A program made the position numbers and the translations under genes. The notes beneath the pieces are model-generated. The model saw only the letters and a program-made list of their open reading frames with translations. It searched no databases and was not told the origin of the DNA. Shown here one piece after another: positions 50,725-62,055 of a DNA stretch of 64,000 nucleotides. The stretch is from Escherichia coli (GTDB lineage: Bacteria > Pseudomonadota > Gammaproteobacteria > Enterobacterales > Enterobacteriaceae): NCBI RefSeq assembly GCF_001677475.2, contig NZ_CP015229.1; one strand, written 5' to 3'. Numbering within the stretch: position 1 is the first letter of the stretch; each line of letters begins with the position of its first letter.

Positions 50725-52640
50725 GCCGCTACCCCCGCTTTCTGGATTGCTACCAGCAGATCAGCCAGGTGGCGAGCAGCGCCATTAACCAGCTCTTCGT
50801 TTTCCTCAAAACGCCCGGCAGCCTGAAGGGCTGCAATCGCTTCCCGGACATTACCCCGGGCGTTACGGATCTCCGCCATGTCAGTGCTTTGCATATCCAT
50901 CACGTTATTGAGATATTCAATGGCTTTATTAGCCTCTGCATCTGCTTCGCTAACCGTTTCATCAGGCTGTGCCGGGGCAGGTTCTGGCTGAGTAATCTCA
51001 CCGACTTCGGCCTGCAATGCATTGATCATGCTCTGCACCATTTTCTCGGTGCCAGCGCCCCCCGGAAACGCAATATTGGGGAAAGTTTTTTGAAACTGAG
51101 TTTTCAGCATTACGCGGAACTCGTCTGGTGAGCTGGTGGCCAGCTCCAGAGCTTTTTGTGCATATTTGCCAAACGGACCATTAGTAAGTGTCTTCGCCAG
51201 GAAGTCGAAAGAATCCTCGCGAGGCAATAACTTCAGGTCGTACTCACTCATTTGCTGATCAGAAAGCGGGGTATCGTAAGTAGCAATGCCGTAGCGTGCA
51301 TATTCATAATACGGGTCACCTTCATCAGGGCGCGGCAGAATTGCTTTGTTACCTTCAGGTATTGCGCCAGGGGCCGCCGGACGCATTTGCAGGGCATATC
51401 GATATGCACCTACAGAGACTTCTGGTTCAGGCGAAGAGCTACCGGTATCCTCCGCTGGTTCAGGTTCGACGTTTTCCGGTTTATGTTCTTCTGGTTGGAC
51501 CAGGTATTCCGATACATTACCCGCTTTATAGGCTTTAAACAGCTTGCCGATCGCATCTGCCATGTCCACACCCTGTATGGATTTAGCCTTGATCATGTAC
51601 ACGCTGCCATCCGAATCGGTTAACTGGATATACCCTTCGCCGTCCTCAATGAATTGCTTCATTGATGCTCCATTACTGAGCGTCACTTCCCCGTTCATAT
51701 GCATACGATTTTTGATACTGGCAAGGCGATCCGTCAGCGCGCGCGAGTGCCCACCAGTCATCCCCGCTGGATCAATGGTATCGCGCCCACCTGTGCGATT
51801 GAGCTGATCAATCTCCGTCTGCAAACGCTCATTCTCTTCATAAAGAGAATCCGCTTCCGATGCAACAGCGTTAATTTTCTGCTCCAGATCTACCTTCTGC
51901 CCTTCTACCGCTGCCACCTGATCCGCGAGGTCGCTCATGGCATCCTCTTTCTGGTCACTGTCAGCCTGTAGTTGGGTTATTTCATCAACCAGGGCTTTTT
52001 TCTTCTTCTGCGCACGCTGGAATTTTGCCGAGTTTTTCTCTGCAAGGTTGGCAAGTTTCATGGTGACCTGCGCCAGCGTCATATCACGTCCACTCATCGG
52101 AGCAACGGTGTGAGTAACGTCTTTTTTATTCAGTAAGAACTGGAAAGCAACCAGCGTATCGCTATTGGTGATCCGGTTTTCCGCTGTCGGGCTATGAAAC
52201 AGAATGCTGATAGTCTGACCATCACTGAGCGGAATAATGGCTGGCAGGACCGGCAGCCCGTTAACGTTACGTGCCCGGCCAATTTCAGCACCGCCGATCG
52301 CGCGCGCGCCGCTCTGGGCCACCTCCCCCGTTTTATCACTCCCCGCAGAGATTCCGGTACCATTCAGCTTCTGGTTCAATGCCCGGACAAATGCCTGCAT
52401 GGTCCGGTGTAACTGCAAACGAGTAGAACTAATCGCCTCCAGTAAATCCGTAGCACACCAGTGGATCGGCGTGTCATAGAAGAACGTAGCCTCGATTTCC
52501 TCCAGGGTGTTGGATTCCGTCATCAGATAGCGGTCCTCACCGGCCATTAATGCGCGATATTCATCATCAGTCACTGGCGGGGGAAGCACGTCAAGCCCAG
52601 GCTTGATCGTCACCCCTTTATTGATATTTAACTGTTCCAT
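50721..52640 (-). CDS. DarA-like internal head/antirestriction protein
   Basis: 639 aa with central coiled coil; follows the holin/antiholin pair as in the P1 darA operon; assignment by size and order. Confidence 0.6.
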   Translation of the reverse strand: MEQLNINKGVTIKPGLDVLPPPVTDDEYRALMAGEDRYLMTESNTLEEIEATFFYDTPIHWCATDLLEAISSTRLQLHRTMQAFVRALNQKLNGTGISAGSDKTGEVAQSGARAIGGAEIGRARNVNGLPVLPAIIPLSDGQTISILFHSPTAENRITNSDTLVAFQFLLNKKDVTHTVAPMSGRDMTLAQVTMKLANLAEKNSAKFQRAQKKKKALVDEITQLQADSDQKEDAMSDLADQVAAVEGQKVDLEQKINAVASEADSLYEENERLQTEIDQLNRTGGRDTIDPAGMTGGHSRALTDRLASIKNRMHMNGEVTLSNGASMKQFIEDGEGYIQLTDSDGSVYMIKAKSIQGVDMADAIGKLFKAYKAGNVSEYLVQPEEHKPENVEPEPAEDTGSSSPEPEVSVGAYRYALQMRPAAPGAIPEGNKAILPRPDEGDPYYEYARYGIATYDTPLSDQQMSEYDLKLLPREDSFDFLAKTLTNGPFGKYAQKALELATSSPDEFRVMLKTQFQKTFPNIAFPGGAGTEKMVQSMINALQAEVGEITQPEPAPAQPDETVSEADAEANKAIEYLNNVMDMQSTDMAEIRNARGNVREAIAALQAAGRFEENEELVNGAARHLADLLVAIQKAGVAA

Positions 52641-52641
52641 G

Positions 52642-53253
52642 TTAATTTCCTGCTTTCAGTTGCTTAAGACGACGTTTGAGTTCGCCATTCCGTGCCTTTT
52701 CGTTATTGAGTCGGCCCGTCTCCTTATCCAGCTTCGCCCGCAAATCAGTGATCTGCTGTTGATTGAAAGACACCGAATTCTGCGCGGACTTATAAGCGGC
52801 AACCACCTGAGCATTCCGCTGTTTTGCTTCTTGCAGGCGCTGAAAGTTGGATTTAACTGCCGGTTTCTTGTCTACCGGATTGGCAACACGCTTCGCTTTG
52901 GCGATCAGTGATTTCTGGAATTTTGCGGAGTTTTTGCGGGCCGCCTGTCCCATGACGGTACCAAGCGTCTTGATATCCGGCGACTGAGCGTTAGGAATAG
53001 CTTTTCCATTCAGTTTCACAGACGATATATCGCCAGTATCGTTTACCTGTATGGCAAGAATTTGTCCGTCGTTAAGAACCAGCTTTGCGGTTTTAACTTT
53101 AACGCCATCTTTCGTTGTTGCGCGGTTGCTGGAGTCAACCTCAATTACCGTAACACCGGTTTTATTGATCGCCGCGATAAGGGATTTCAGCCCCTTTTCA
53201 TTAACCTGGTCAAAATCGACCGTTGCATACTTATTTTTCGTCATCTGACACAT
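52642..53253 (-). CDS. hypothetical protein (at the P1 hdf position)
   Basis: 203-aa track ORF between the lydB-like and darA-like genes. Confidence 0.5.
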   Translation of the reverse strand: MCQMTKNKYATVDFDQVNEKGLKSLIAAINKTGVTVIEVDSSNRATTKDGVKVKTAKLVLNDGQILAIQVNDTGDISSVKLNGKAIPNAQSPDIKTLGTVMGQAARKNSAKFQKSLIAKAKRVANPVDKKPAVKSNFQRLQEAKQRNAQVVAAYKSAQNSVSFNQQQITDLRAKLDKETGRLNNEKARNGELKRRLKQLKAGN

Positions 53254-53674
53254 CCTGTGCGAGATTTATTACGTAACTTCTGCGGATTTGCTGAGTAACA
53301 GGGAAAATCCGATACAACGGGTTAATGAACGAGTCGCCATGCGTAACCATGACGTTGAAATGCCACAGTCGCTCTCCTTTACCCATATATTCAGTGGGTA
53401 TGTACAACCATTCACTGTTTTCGCCCTGTTCAGCTGACGTCAGACAACGTTGTTCGCCTTCAATCACTGTCGTCGGCTTCTGAACATCGCGGATCCAATA
53501 TCTGACCGTTGCGCCGCGCAAAAACGGGAATTTAGACCGGTATTTGAACGGCACCCGGATGAAACCCGGTTTAATTTCCACATCACCAAGTTCTAAATGC
53601 GTGATGTCCTTGCGTTTTAGCAAATAGCGATCGGCTAAGGCTAACGCAAGAACGCATACACCCCAGCCAATCAT
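53231..53674 (-). CDS. LydB-like (antiholin) protein
   Basis: 147-aa track ORF immediately after the holin-like gene. Confidence 0.5.
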   Translation of the reverse strand: MIGWGVCVLALALADRYLLKRKDITHLELGDVEIKPGFIRVPFKYRSKFPFLRGATVRYWIRDVQKPTTVIEGEQRCLTSAEQGENSEWLYIPTEYMGKGERLWHFNVMVTHGDSFINPLYRIFPVTQQIRRSYVINLAQDVSDDEK

Positions 53675-54000
53675 TTCCCGCCTCCCTTTTTCACCAAACT
53701 TGTAAGAACATTCAGAATGCTATCGATATTCACTCGTTTCATCCCTGAAATCACCTCATGACCGTTATTGCTGGCTATCGTTACCATTAAGTACGTAATT
53801 GATAACTCCCAGCCCTCGTGTTGCCCCAATAGGTACGCCACCGCGCCAGCTGTCACTGCAACAAAGATCTCCGTAACCAATCCCAACAAATTGCCAGACT
53901 GGCGACCGTCTCGGACATCCATCAGGAACGTGCCTATCCCACCAATTACTGAAAGCAGGAGCGCAATAGCAACTGGAGCTAATTCCTGTGTGTCAAGCAC
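53671..54000 (-). CDS. holin (LydA-like)
   Basis: 109 aa with two to three hydrophobic helices and a charged C-terminus; first gene of the operon. Confidence 0.6.
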   Translation of the reverse strand: MLDTQELAPVAIALLLSVIGGIGTFLMDVRDGRQSGNLLGLVTEIFVAVTAGAVAYLLGQHEGWELSITYLMVTIASNNGHEVISGMKRVNIDSILNVLTSLVKKGGGK

Positions 54001-54466
54001 AAGTTCCCTCCTACGTTGTCAGGAGGTAATGGTATGCAAAGTAACTTCTCATCTGGTTGTTCATAATTTGCCAATACATTCGTAAATCAAGTGAAAAACC
54101 CATATTTTGGTTATTCTTAATACAAAATGGCTATTCCAACTACATATCAAAAAAGCAACCACATTCAAAAATGAGTTTCCCCACTGAACTTCTGCAAGAC
54201 AAAAACCAACAAAACCACCTTTTATGGCAAGCAGCCATGCTTCAAGCCAATGTAAAAAACATGGCTTATAAGCTCCACGCCTAACTCCAGTAAGAAATAA
54301 ATAGGTTCCACTAATAATGGACATTAAAAAAATCAAAATCTGCATAAGCTCCTCCCGGATCTAACAAAAATCAAGCAGGAACCTATTCAGATTGTTATTT
54401 CTGTGCATAACGCTTTGTTCTTTAAAATTCGCAGACTCATAAGAACAACGCATTAGAGTAAAAATC

Positions 54467-55027
54467 ATGCTGATCGGCTATGTACGCGTATCAACAAATG
54501 AACAAAACACTGCTTTGCAACGAAATGCCCTTGAAAGCGCAGGATGTGAGCTAATTTTTGAGGATAAGGCGAGCGGCAAAAAGACTGAACGCCCTGGGCT
54601 AAAAAAGGTTTTGCGTATGCTTTCCAGAGGTGACACCCTGGTCGTATGGAAGTTAGATCGTCTTGGGCGCAGCATGCGTCACTTGGTTGTGCTGGTGGAA
54701 GAGCTGCGTGACAGAGGAATTAATTTCCGGAGTCTCACTGACTCTATCGACACCAGTACACCAATGGGGCGTTTTTTCTTTCACGTAATGGGGGCGCTGG
54801 CTGAAATGGAACGCGAGCTTATCGTTGAACGTACACGCGCTGGACTTGATGCAGCTCGCGCAGAAGGTCGAATAGGAGGCCGTCGGCCTAAATACCAAGA
54901 AGAAACATGGCAGCAAATGCGTCGATTGCTGGAGAATGGCATCCCCCGTAAGCAGGTTGCAATCATCTATGATGTTGCTGTTTCCACGCTTTATAAAAAG
55001 TTTCCTGCGTCATCATTTCAATCCTAA
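54467..55027 (+). CDS. cin: Cin serine invertase
   Basis: 186 aa; MLIGYVRVSTNEQ... catalytic Ser and C-terminal HTH typical of the Gin/Hin/Cin family; stop lies inside cixL. Confidence 0.92.
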   Translation: MLIGYVRVSTNEQNTALQRNALESAGCELIFEDKASGKKTERPGLKKVLRMLSRGDTLVVWKLDRLGRSMRHLVVLVEELRDRGINFRSLTDSIDTSTPMGRFFFHVMGALAEMERELIVERTRAGLDAARAEGRIGGRRPKYQEETWQQMRRLLENGIPRKQVAIIYDVAVSTLYKKFPASSFQS

Positions 55028-55044
55028 ACCTTGGTTTAAGAGAA
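55019..55044. other. cixL crossover site of the invertible C segment
   Basis: CAATCCTAAACC-TT-GGTTTAAGAGAA, a 26-bp site with inverted 12-bp arms and AAACC..GGTTT core. Confidence 0.7.
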
Positions 55045-55074
55045 CTCGGTACCAGCGGTGAAAAGATCCCCCTG

Positions 55075-56676
55075 TTGAGCACGGCTAACACATGGAGTGC
55101 GCGCCAGACTTTCAACGGCGGGATCACCGGAGCGCTGACAGGGAACGCCGATACCGCAACGAAATTGAAAACAGCCAGAAACATTAATGGCGTCAGGTTC
55201 GATGGTTCTGGTGACATTAATATCAATACTATGGTATCGCGTGGTCGCGTAACGGCTCTGGGGGCGAATGCACAGGGGACATCCGGGATTCAGCTGTATG
55301 AGGCATACAACAATGGCTACCCTTCCCCCTATGGCAATGTGCTTCACCTTAAAGGTGCCACCGCTGCTGGCGAAGGTGAGTTATTCATTGGCTGGAGTGG
55401 CACGAGTGGTGACCATGCGCCCGTACATATCCGTTCGCGGCGGGATACTGATTCTGCTAACTGGTCTGAATGGGCGCAGGTCTATACGTCAAAAGATTCC
55501 GTTCCCGGCGTTAATGCCAAAGGGAATCAGGACACCTCTGGTAATGCGGCTACAGCGACTAAATTGCAGACAGCATGTACTATTAACGGTGTCTCGTTTG
55601 ATGGTTCTAAAAACATTGAGTTAACGGCGGAAGATTTAAATCTACAGGAATTCATTAATAAAGCAAATAATGCCGTTCAGCGTTCAGGCGATATCTTGTC
55701 CGGCGGGCTTACTTTTGAAAATGACTCAATCCTTGCCTGGATTCGAAATACTGACTGGGCAAAGATTGGATTTAAAAATGATGCCGACAGCGATACTGAT
55801 TCATACATGTGGTTTGAAACAGGCGACAACGGAAATGAATATTTCAAATGGAGAAGCCGCCAGAGCACCACAACAAAAGACCTGATGAATCTTAAATGGG
55901 ATGCTTTGTCTGTCCTTGTTAAAGCCCTTTTCAGCAGTGAAGTAAAAATATCGACAGTCAATGCACTGAGGATATTTAATTCATCTTTTGGTGCTATTTT
56001 TCGTCGCTCTGAAGAATGCCTGCATATCATCCCTACACGAGAGAATGAGGGAGAAAATGGTGATATAGGGCCACTACGCCCCTTTACGCTTAATCTCAGA
56101 ACTGGTCGGATAAGCATGGGGCATGGTCTGGATGTTACAGGAGATATAACAACTAACGCCTGGGTGTATGCAAACAGGTTTGCTATTAATAGTGGCTCAA
56201 CCTCATGGATTGATATGCGAAACCAGAATGTCATTTTTGGTAGAAACGCAGTATCAACAAGTTCTGCGCAGGCTTTGTTAAGACAAGACCATGCAGAACG
56301 CAAATTTTTTGTCGGTGGACTTGGTAACTACCAGTTTGGTTTTTACATGATTAATAATTCAAGGACAGCCAATGGCACCGATGGTCAGGCGTACATGGAT
56401 AATAACGGAAACTGGCTTTGCGGTGCGCAAGTTATTCCCGGCAACTATGGCAATTTTGATTCCAGATATGTGAAAGATGTTCGACTTGGTTCACAGCAAT
56501 ATTATGGAGTGAACAACTGGCAAACATGGAATTTCCAGTGCCCGTCAGGTCATGTATTGTCTGGTATTAATGTTCAGGATACAGGGTCCAACTCTGCCGA
56601 TAATATAGCTGGCGTTTATTACAGACCCGTTCAAAAGTATATAAATGGCACCTGGTATAATGTAGCGAGCGTTTAA
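55075..56676 (+). CDS. alternative tail-fibre C-terminal segment (Sv'-like), currently not fused to the constant part
   Basis: 533 aa beginning inside the inverted repeat ([33 protein letters not shown]...); the apparent TTG start is an ORF-finder artefact. Confidence 0.7.
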   Translation: MSTANTWSARQTFNGGITGALTGNADTATKLKTARNINGVRFDGSGDININTMVSRGRVTALGANAQGTSGIQLYEAYNNGYPSPYGNVLHLKGATAAGEGELFIGWSGTSGDHAPVHIRSRRDTDSANWSEWAQVYTSKDSVPGVNAKGNQDTSGNAATATKLQTACTINGVSFDGSKNIELTAEDLNLQEFINKANNAVQRSGDILSGGLTFENDSILAWIRNTDWAKIGFKNDADSDTDSYMWFETGDNGNEYFKWRSRQSTTTKDLMNLKWDALSVLVKALFSSEVKISTVNALRIFNSSFGAIFRRSEECLHIIPTRENEGENGDIGPLRPFTLNLRTGRISMGHGLDVTGDITTNAWVYANRFAINSGSTSWIDMRNQNVIFGRNAVSTSSAQALLRQDHAERKFFVGGLGNYQFGFYMINNSRTANGTDGQAYMDNNGNWLCGAQVIPGNYGNFDSRYVKDVRLGSQQYYGVNNWQTWNFQCPSGHVLSGINVQDTGSNSADNIAGVYYRPVQKYINGTWYNVASV

Positions 56677-56677
56677 T

Positions 56678-57205
56678 ATGATGCACTTAAAGAACATAAA
56701 AGCGGGTAACGCTAAAACACTGGAACAGTATGAGTTAACAAAGAAACACGGAGTTATCTGGCTTTACTCTGAGGACGGAAAAAACTGGTATGAGGAAGTG
56801 AAAAACTTTCAGCCAGACACAATAAAGATTGTTTACGATGCAAATAATATTATTGTCGCCATCACTAAAGATGCCTCCACGCTTAACCCTGAAGGTTTTA
56901 GCGTCGTTGAGGTTCCCGATATAACAGCCAACCGCCGCGCTGATGATTCAGGAAAGTGGATGTTTAAGGATGGAGCTGTAGTTAAACGGATTTATACGGC
57001 AGACGAACAGCAACAACAAGCCGAATCACAAAAGGCCGCATTGCTTTCCGAAGCTGAATCAGTCATTCAGCCGCTGGAACGCGCTGTCAGGCTGAATATG
57101 GCAACAGACGAGGAACGCACACGACTGGAAGCATGGGAACGCTACAGTGTTCTGGTCAGCCGTGTGGATACGGCAAATCCTGAATGGCCACAAAAGCCTG
57201 AATAA
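56678..57205 (+). CDS. tail-fibre assembly chaperone (U'-like)
   Basis: 175 aa [10 protein letters not shown]..., paralog of the 57234-57767 protein. Confidence 0.7.
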   Translation: MMHLKNIKAGNAKTLEQYELTKKHGVIWLYSEDGKNWYEEVKNFQPDTIKIVYDANNIIVAITKDASTLNPEGFSVVEVPDITANRRADDSGKWMFKDGAVVKRIYTADEQQQQAESQKAALLSEAESVIQPLERAVRLNMATDEERTRLEAWERYSVLVSRVDTANPEWPQKPE

Positions 57206-57233
57206 AAATTAAGGCCCGCTATCGGGCCTTGTC

Positions 57234-57767
57234 TCATTCAGGTTGTTCGGGAAATGTTACTGGCAGGCTGGAGGTGTCTGTAGATTCGACTTTCTGCGCA
57301 TAGAGCATCCACTCGGTTAATTTTTGTTTATTCTCGTCGGAAAGGATGCCCAGCCGTAGCTGTGAGTCCCATAGCTGGGTTTTATCCCTGACAAGTTGCA
57401 ACAGGCTTTGCTTTTCATTCTCTGCCTGCTGCCTCTGTTCCTCCTCGGTATAAGTTCGCTTTATCACTACGCCATCTTTGAACATCCATTTACCCGAAAT
57501 ATCAGCCCGGCGATTTGCTGTAATATCAGGAACCTCAACGACGCTTGCGCCTTCTGGATTAATTGCTGAAACATCCTTTTCAATACAAATAATAACGTTG
57601 TTGTGGTCATAGACCATTTTCAACGTATCAGGCTGAAAGTTCTTTTGTTCCTCATACCAGTTTTTCCCATCCTCTGTATAAAGCCATTTGATGTTAAATT
57701 GTTTCGTTAGCTGGTATTGCTCTTTTGTTTTAGGGTTGCCAGCAGTAATATTTTTTAAGTGCATCAT
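57234..57767 (-). CDS. tail-fibre assembly chaperone (U-like), expressed orientation
   Basis: 177 aa [10 protein letters not shown]...; directly downstream of S on the minus strand. Confidence 0.75.
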   Translation of the reverse strand: MMHLKNITAGNPKTKEQYQLTKQFNIKWLYTEDGKNWYEEQKNFQPDTLKMVYDHNNVIICIEKDVSAINPEGASVVEVPDITANRRADISGKWMFKDGVVIKRTYTEEEQRQQAENEKQSLLQLVRDKTQLWDSQLRLGILSDENKQKLTEWMLYAQKVESTDTSSLPVTFPEQPE

Positions 57768-57769
57768 AA

Positions 57770-60691
57770 TTAAATACTCCCCGCGTTATACCACGTTCCA
57801 TTAATGCAATACTGAATTGGCCTTGCCTGAGTTGTATCAATTAATTCATCACGGTTTCCGTTAACTGAACCCGTAACGACATAACCTGACCTGTCAGACC
57901 AGCCGGGACCATTCCATGTCTGAACAGATGACAGACCGCCAAGGCGAATACCTGTAATAAACCTTGAGTTACATTCTGCCTGCGTATATGCACCAACATC
58001 TCCTGCTGATGGCTTGCGTGTTGTGGTGTAAAATTCTGACCAGTCAGCTTCGAATCCGTAACCATCACGCGCTGAACGATAAAAAATACCACCGTTCCTG
58101 TAATTCACGCGGAACTGTACAGCAGGGCAGCTCCCCGTATTCATATTGAAGTGGAGGATTAATGTCGATGCGCCACCAATGATTGCGTTATAGACCCCGC
58201 TATTCCAGTTCCAGCCAACAGCTTTATCATTTCCGACAGTGCTTCCTGTTTGCCCTAAAGCAAATGCAGGTTGCTGATTTTTCGTGTTGTAGTCACGCCG
58301 CCAGCCTGGCGCATAATCTCCACCGTGGTTTATATAAGTAAATTGTGCATTAGTAGTTCCGCCACCGCTGGAAGTGCTTGGTGTTGTTACACGGATGGTC
58401 ATGGCACCTTTATTACCCATAACCTCAATAACGCAACCTGCAAGATGAATAGTTCCACAGCCAGTATCGGTAATAATTTTATTATTGCCGTATGACCATG
58501 AACATTTGCACATCCAGTATGGGTGATTGAATGCCCCTTGAGAATCCAGCCATTCAATCAATTGTGCTGTTGTCCAGTTACCTGCCCCTGTACTAATAGC
58601 ACTGTGAAAAGCGCGACATGCACCAATATTTTTGGTGAAGGTATCTTTTCCTGGAATATCCGCGCCGTTCTGGTTTTTCTGTAATGCTCCTACGGCTAAT
58701 TCTACGGTTTGCTCAAGATTTAAATCTTCCGCCGTTAGCTCAATGTTTTTAGAACCATCAAACGAGACACCGTTAATAGTACGTGCTGTCTGCAATTTGG
58801 TCGCTGTAGCCGCATTACCAGAGGTGTCCTGATTCCCTTTGGCATTAACGCCGGGAACGGAGTCTTTTGACGTATAGATCTGTGCCCATTCGGACCATGC
58901 CGCAGCAGTGCTATCTCTTTTGGATCGAATGAAAGCAGGTGCATGAGCGCCATTTGTGCCACTCCAGCCAATGAGCAACTCGCCTTCACCAGTTGATGCA
59001 GCTCCCTTCAGGTGAAGTACATTCCCGTAAGTCGTCGGATAACCATTGTTGTATGCCTCATACATCTGCAATCCAGTAGCAGCACCTTGCGTTGTACCGG
59101 TAAGCGCAGTAACGCGTCCTCTAGACGTAATTGTTGGTATCGAAATGTTCGTAGAACCATCGAACCTGACGCCATTAATATTTATGGCTGTTTTTAATTT
59201 CGTCGCGGTGTCGGCGTTCCCTGTCAGCGCCCCGGTGATCCCGCCGTTGAAAGTCTGGCGCGCACTCCATGTGTTAGCCGTACTCAACAGGGGGATCTTT
59301 TCACCGCTGGTACCGAGTTCTCTTAAACCAAGGTATTGGATAACGGCCAGTGTGCTTGTTTTAGCCAGAATATCGCGACCGACTGACGTTAAATCAGTCT
59401 GAGCTACCGTATCCTTACCAGTAAAATAAGGCAGTTTGTTTGCACCAGTCGCAAGGGCCGCGAGAGCGGTTAAAGTTGCATCCAGAGGCTGTTTGCCTGC
59501 CAGCGCATTTGTCATTGTTGTCGCAAAGTTCGGGTCATTGCCAAGTGCTGCGGCAAGCTCATTCAGGGTATCAAGAGCTTCTGGTGATGAACCAACCAGT
59601 GCGGATATGGCAGCTCTTACATAAGCGGTCGTAGCAATCTGCGTATTATTTGTGCCCTGTGCGGCGGTCGGCGCAGTAGGGACACCCGTTAATGCAGGGC
59701 TTGCCAAAGGCGCTTTGAGAGCCAGGGCATTGTTGATAGTTGTGCTGAAATTCGGGTCGTTATTGATCGCAGCCGCTATTTCTTTCAGCGTATCCAGTGT
59801 GCCAGGCGCACCGTTGATAAGTGCAGTTATAGCTGCCTTAACAAAGGCTGTATTTGCGATCTGCGTGCTGTTTGTACCTTGCGCTGCCGTCGGCGCGGTT
59901 GGCGTTCCTGTCAGACTCGGGCTTTCTATTGGCGCTTTGGTATCAGCCAGATCCTTTACAGACTTAACGGCTTTAGGGGTCGCCGCCATTGTTTCGCTGT
60001 CGCTGTTAGTTTCGCTACTGAGCTGAACTAATCCCTTTTGCGTTGTGCTTGCATCCTGCGCCGTATACTTGCTTTTTGCCAGATCGTAGGCTTTTTTAAC
60101 TGCCAGCGAACTTGCAGCAACATCACTTCTACTACTGGTTACAGAGTCTGAAATATCAATGCCGATCGTGCGGTTAATACGCTCGGATGTATCAATCATC
60201 TCCTGGGTAATGGCTGATACGCCAGCAGGGATATTCACCGTACAAACAAGCAGCTCCCCATCTCCTAACTGATATGAATCGGTATAGGTTCTGGCAACAA
60301 ATTCAGCCGCATGAATATGTGACGCGGTATTAACCTGATAGGTATCCTCTCCAAGGAGGTATCTTCCCTTCAGCACAATTGCATATTTCTTGCCTGCACT
60401 AAGTGCAAGAGAAATATCCTTACGGTGCTGAATAGTTACCTGGTAGAATTCACCAATATCCACCGACGCCGCGCCTGCGGTTTTATCACCATCCACTGAG
60501 GTGATTAACAGGTTCATCCCACCGCCAGGCTTAGGTAAGAAACCGGCATAAAATCCCGGGTCAACAATCCCCCTGAATTTTCGGTTTAGCGCGGCTGACA
60601 GATATGGTTCGTGGTATTGCACATCAGCCACCAGAGCCAACGACTCGGGTGATGGGGAAGTAACCGATGTGACAACTGTAACGTCATTCAT
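57770..60691 (-). CDS. tail fibre protein S (constant part fused to the Sv variable part)
   Basis: 973 aa from ATG 60691 (AAGGA upstream); track ORF extends to 60778 through an in-frame upstream start overlapping R; crosses cixR. Confidence 0.85.
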   Translation of the reverse strand: MNDVTVVTSVTSPSPESLALVADVQYHEPYLSAALNRKFRGIVDPGFYAGFLPKPGGGMNLLITSVDGDKTAGAASVDIGEFYQVTIQHRKDISLALSAGKKYAIVLKGRYLLGEDTYQVNTASHIHAAEFVARTYTDSYQLGDGELLVCTVNIPAGVSAITQEMIDTSERINRTIGIDISDSVTSSRSDVAASSLAVKKAYDLAKSKYTAQDASTTQKGLVQLSSETNSDSETMAATPKAVKSVKDLADTKAPIESPSLTGTPTAPTAAQGTNSTQIANTAFVKAAITALINGAPGTLDTLKEIAAAINNDPNFSTTINNALALKAPLASPALTGVPTAPTAAQGTNNTQIATTAYVRAAISALVGSSPEALDTLNELAAALGNDPNFATTMTNALAGKQPLDATLTALAALATGANKLPYFTGKDTVAQTDLTSVGRDILAKTSTLAVIQYLGLRELGTSGEKIPLLSTANTWSARQTFNGGITGALTGNADTATKLKTAININGVRFDGSTNISIPTITSRGRVTALTGTTQGAATGLQMYEAYNNGYPTTYGNVLHLKGAASTGEGELLIGWSGTNGAHAPAFIRSKRDSTAAAWSEWAQIYTSKDSVPGVNAKGNQDTSGNAATATKLQTARTINGVSFDGSKNIELTAEDLNLEQTVELAVGALQKNQNGADIPGKDTFTKNIGACRAFHSAISTGAGNWTTAQLIEWLDSQGAFNHPYWMCKCSWSYGNNKIITDTGCGTIHLAGCVIEVMGNKGAMTIRVTTPSTSSGGGTTNAQFTYINHGGDYAPGWRRDYNTKNQQPAFALGQTGSTVGNDKAVGWNWNSGVYNAIIGGASTLILHFNMNTGSCPAVQFRVNYRNGGIFYRSARDGYGFEADWSEFYTTTRKPSAGDVGAYTQAECNSRFITGIRLGGLSSVQTWNGPGWSDRSGYVVTGSVNGNRDELIDTTQARPIQYCINGTWYNAGSI
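59318..59343. other. cixR crossover site
   Basis: TTCTCTTAAACC-AA-GGTATTGGATAA, inverted relative to cixL. Confidence 0.7.
59480..59930 (-). repeat. internal tandem duplication (about 2 x 216 bp) within the S gene
   Basis: two consecutive ~72-aa blocks ([59 protein letters not shown]... and [59 protein letters not shown]...); coordinates approximate. Confidence 0.5.
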
Positions 60692-60702
60692 CAAACATAT
60701 CC

Positions 60703-61137
60703 TTATGCTGTAGTCGTGTTTATGGCCATAACTGCGGTATATGTTTTGCCCACATACAGCGAGTCTTCCTGGACACAAATAATGGCGATTGGCTTGTTCT
60801 CGTTATCCAGAACAACCAGAGTGTTGAATGGGTAGTTTTTCCCTTCCTGCAACTGGCTTTGATCAAGGTCCATTCGGACAGTAATTATCCCGCCTGAGTA
60901 GGTTGGGACGAGGTTGATGGTGCAAAATTGACTGGTCAGTTCTGCCAGATCGAAAGCCTTTGGCAGTTCTCCAATCTCATAAGTGCCATCTCCTTTCTTA
61001 GTAACCAGTGAACTGGTACCGAAAACGGCCTTGCTGATTAAAAATCGAGAGCCTTTGTTAATGGACGATTCAGCGCGCCGCTGATAGTAATAGTCCAACA
61101 ACTGACTCTTATAGAGGTTTGTTGAGACGTCAGACAT
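60703..61137 (-). CDS. tail-fibre-associated protein (R-like)
   Basis: 144-aa track ORF immediately upstream of S. Confidence 0.55.
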   Translation of the reverse strand: MSDVSTNLYKSQLLDYYYQRRAESSINKGSRFLISKAVFGTSSLVTKKGDGTYEIGELPKAFDLAELTSQFCTINLVPTYSGGIITVRMDLDQSQLQEGKNYPFNTLVVLDNENKPIAIICVQEDSLYVGKTYTAVMAINTTTA

Positions 61138-61215
61138 GATTTTCCCTAATCAATGTTGTGAAGCCTCATTGTAAGAGAAGTAACTTGTCACCCCGCCCTG
61201 CGGACGGGGTGATTG

Positions 61216-62055
61216 TCAGGCGTCGCTATCCAGCAACAAATCATCTGCGCGTGTGCGATCAAACGTAGGTGTCGCTTTCACAATAGTGCCACCCGGCGTT
61301 GCGGTGATAGGGGCGCTAATCGACGTAACTCCAGTAAGCGAAGTTGTATCCGAAGTTTCAAACCAGCAGAATGCTTTTTCGGTATCAGAAATCTCGTTCA
61401 AGGTGATCATGTCGGCCTGTTCATTTACAACAACCGACAAATAGAGCGTAAGCCCATCAAACACTATATGCAGTGGCAGTAGAGGCTTTACGAACTGATT
61501 AAACTTTCTGAGAATTTCTTCTGTAATTGCTGACTGATCTATCGTGCCAGTAATACCCATTGTCCGGGCCAGGTCGTTTATGGGAATACTGATCATCCCT
61601 CTGGAAGTCAGAAACATCTCGCCGAATGTGCCGCCGGTAGTCTCCAGTGTGCTTTCTGGTATTAGAACTGTGCCATAGGGATGACGCTCAAGGTCCACCG
61701 GTGCATATATCGGATCCCATAAAACAGAAATACCGTTAAATTCGCGGTAAATTGTCTGGTTTATAGGGCGTTCAGTTCCCTTAAAGTGAATCTCATCAAG
61801 ACGCTGTTGTAACAACATCGGAACGGAAGATGAGTTCGACGTTCTGATAGTAAAGAACTGGCCAAGTTCATTTGTCCTGGTCTCCAGATCCTCCTTGCTC
61901 ATGGAAAAAATAGACTTCCGGTTGGTAATTCGCTCCAACCATGGGTCAACAAAGGTATCCATCATTAACTGAACCAAATCAGCCAATGATTTATAGAGCA
62001 ATGACTTTTGCTTAGCTGATGTAAGCCGGTTATTAAACCAGGAACGCTGCATCAC
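61216..62055 (-). CDS. baseplate-region structural protein
   Basis: 279-aa track ORF; 4-nt overlap with the upstream gene. Confidence 0.5.
   Translation of the reverse strand: MMQRSWFNNRLTSAKQKSLLYKSLADLVQLMMDTFVDPWLERITNRKSIFSMSKEDLETRTNELGQFFTIRTSNSSSVPMLLQQRLDEIHFKGTERPINQTIYREFNGISVLWDPIYAPVDLERHPYGTVLIPESTLETTGGTFGEMFLTSRGMISIPINDLARTMGITGTIDQSAITEEILRKFNQFVKPLLPLHIVFDGLTLYLSVVVNEQADMITLNEISDTEKAFCWFETSDTTSLTGVTSISAPITATPGGTIVKATPTFDRTRADDLLLDSDA

Larger units (their letters stand above)
55019..59343. other. invertible tail-fibre C segment (cixL to cixR)
   Basis: bounded by cix-like sites in inverted orientation and about 190-bp inverted repeats (55028-55215 vs 59150-59334, roughly 90-97 percent identical); contains Sv'-U' on plus and U-Sv on minus. 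Confidence 0.75.

Noticed and set aside
54061-54345. 94-aa hydrophobic minus-strand ORF in the AT-rich region between lydA and cin
   Set aside because: AT-rich intergenic DNA readily yields hydrophobic ORFs, and there is no convincing ribosome-binding site; it could be a real small membrane protein, so left uncalled.
54441-54457. Operator-like CTCTAAT core upstream of cin
   Set aside because: Only about 8 of 17 positions match the C1 operator consensus.
57770-60778. Tail fibre S starting at 60778 (1002 aa) as given in the track
   Set aside because: The first 29 codons overlap the R gene; the ATG at 60691 with an AAGGA site is the more plausible start.
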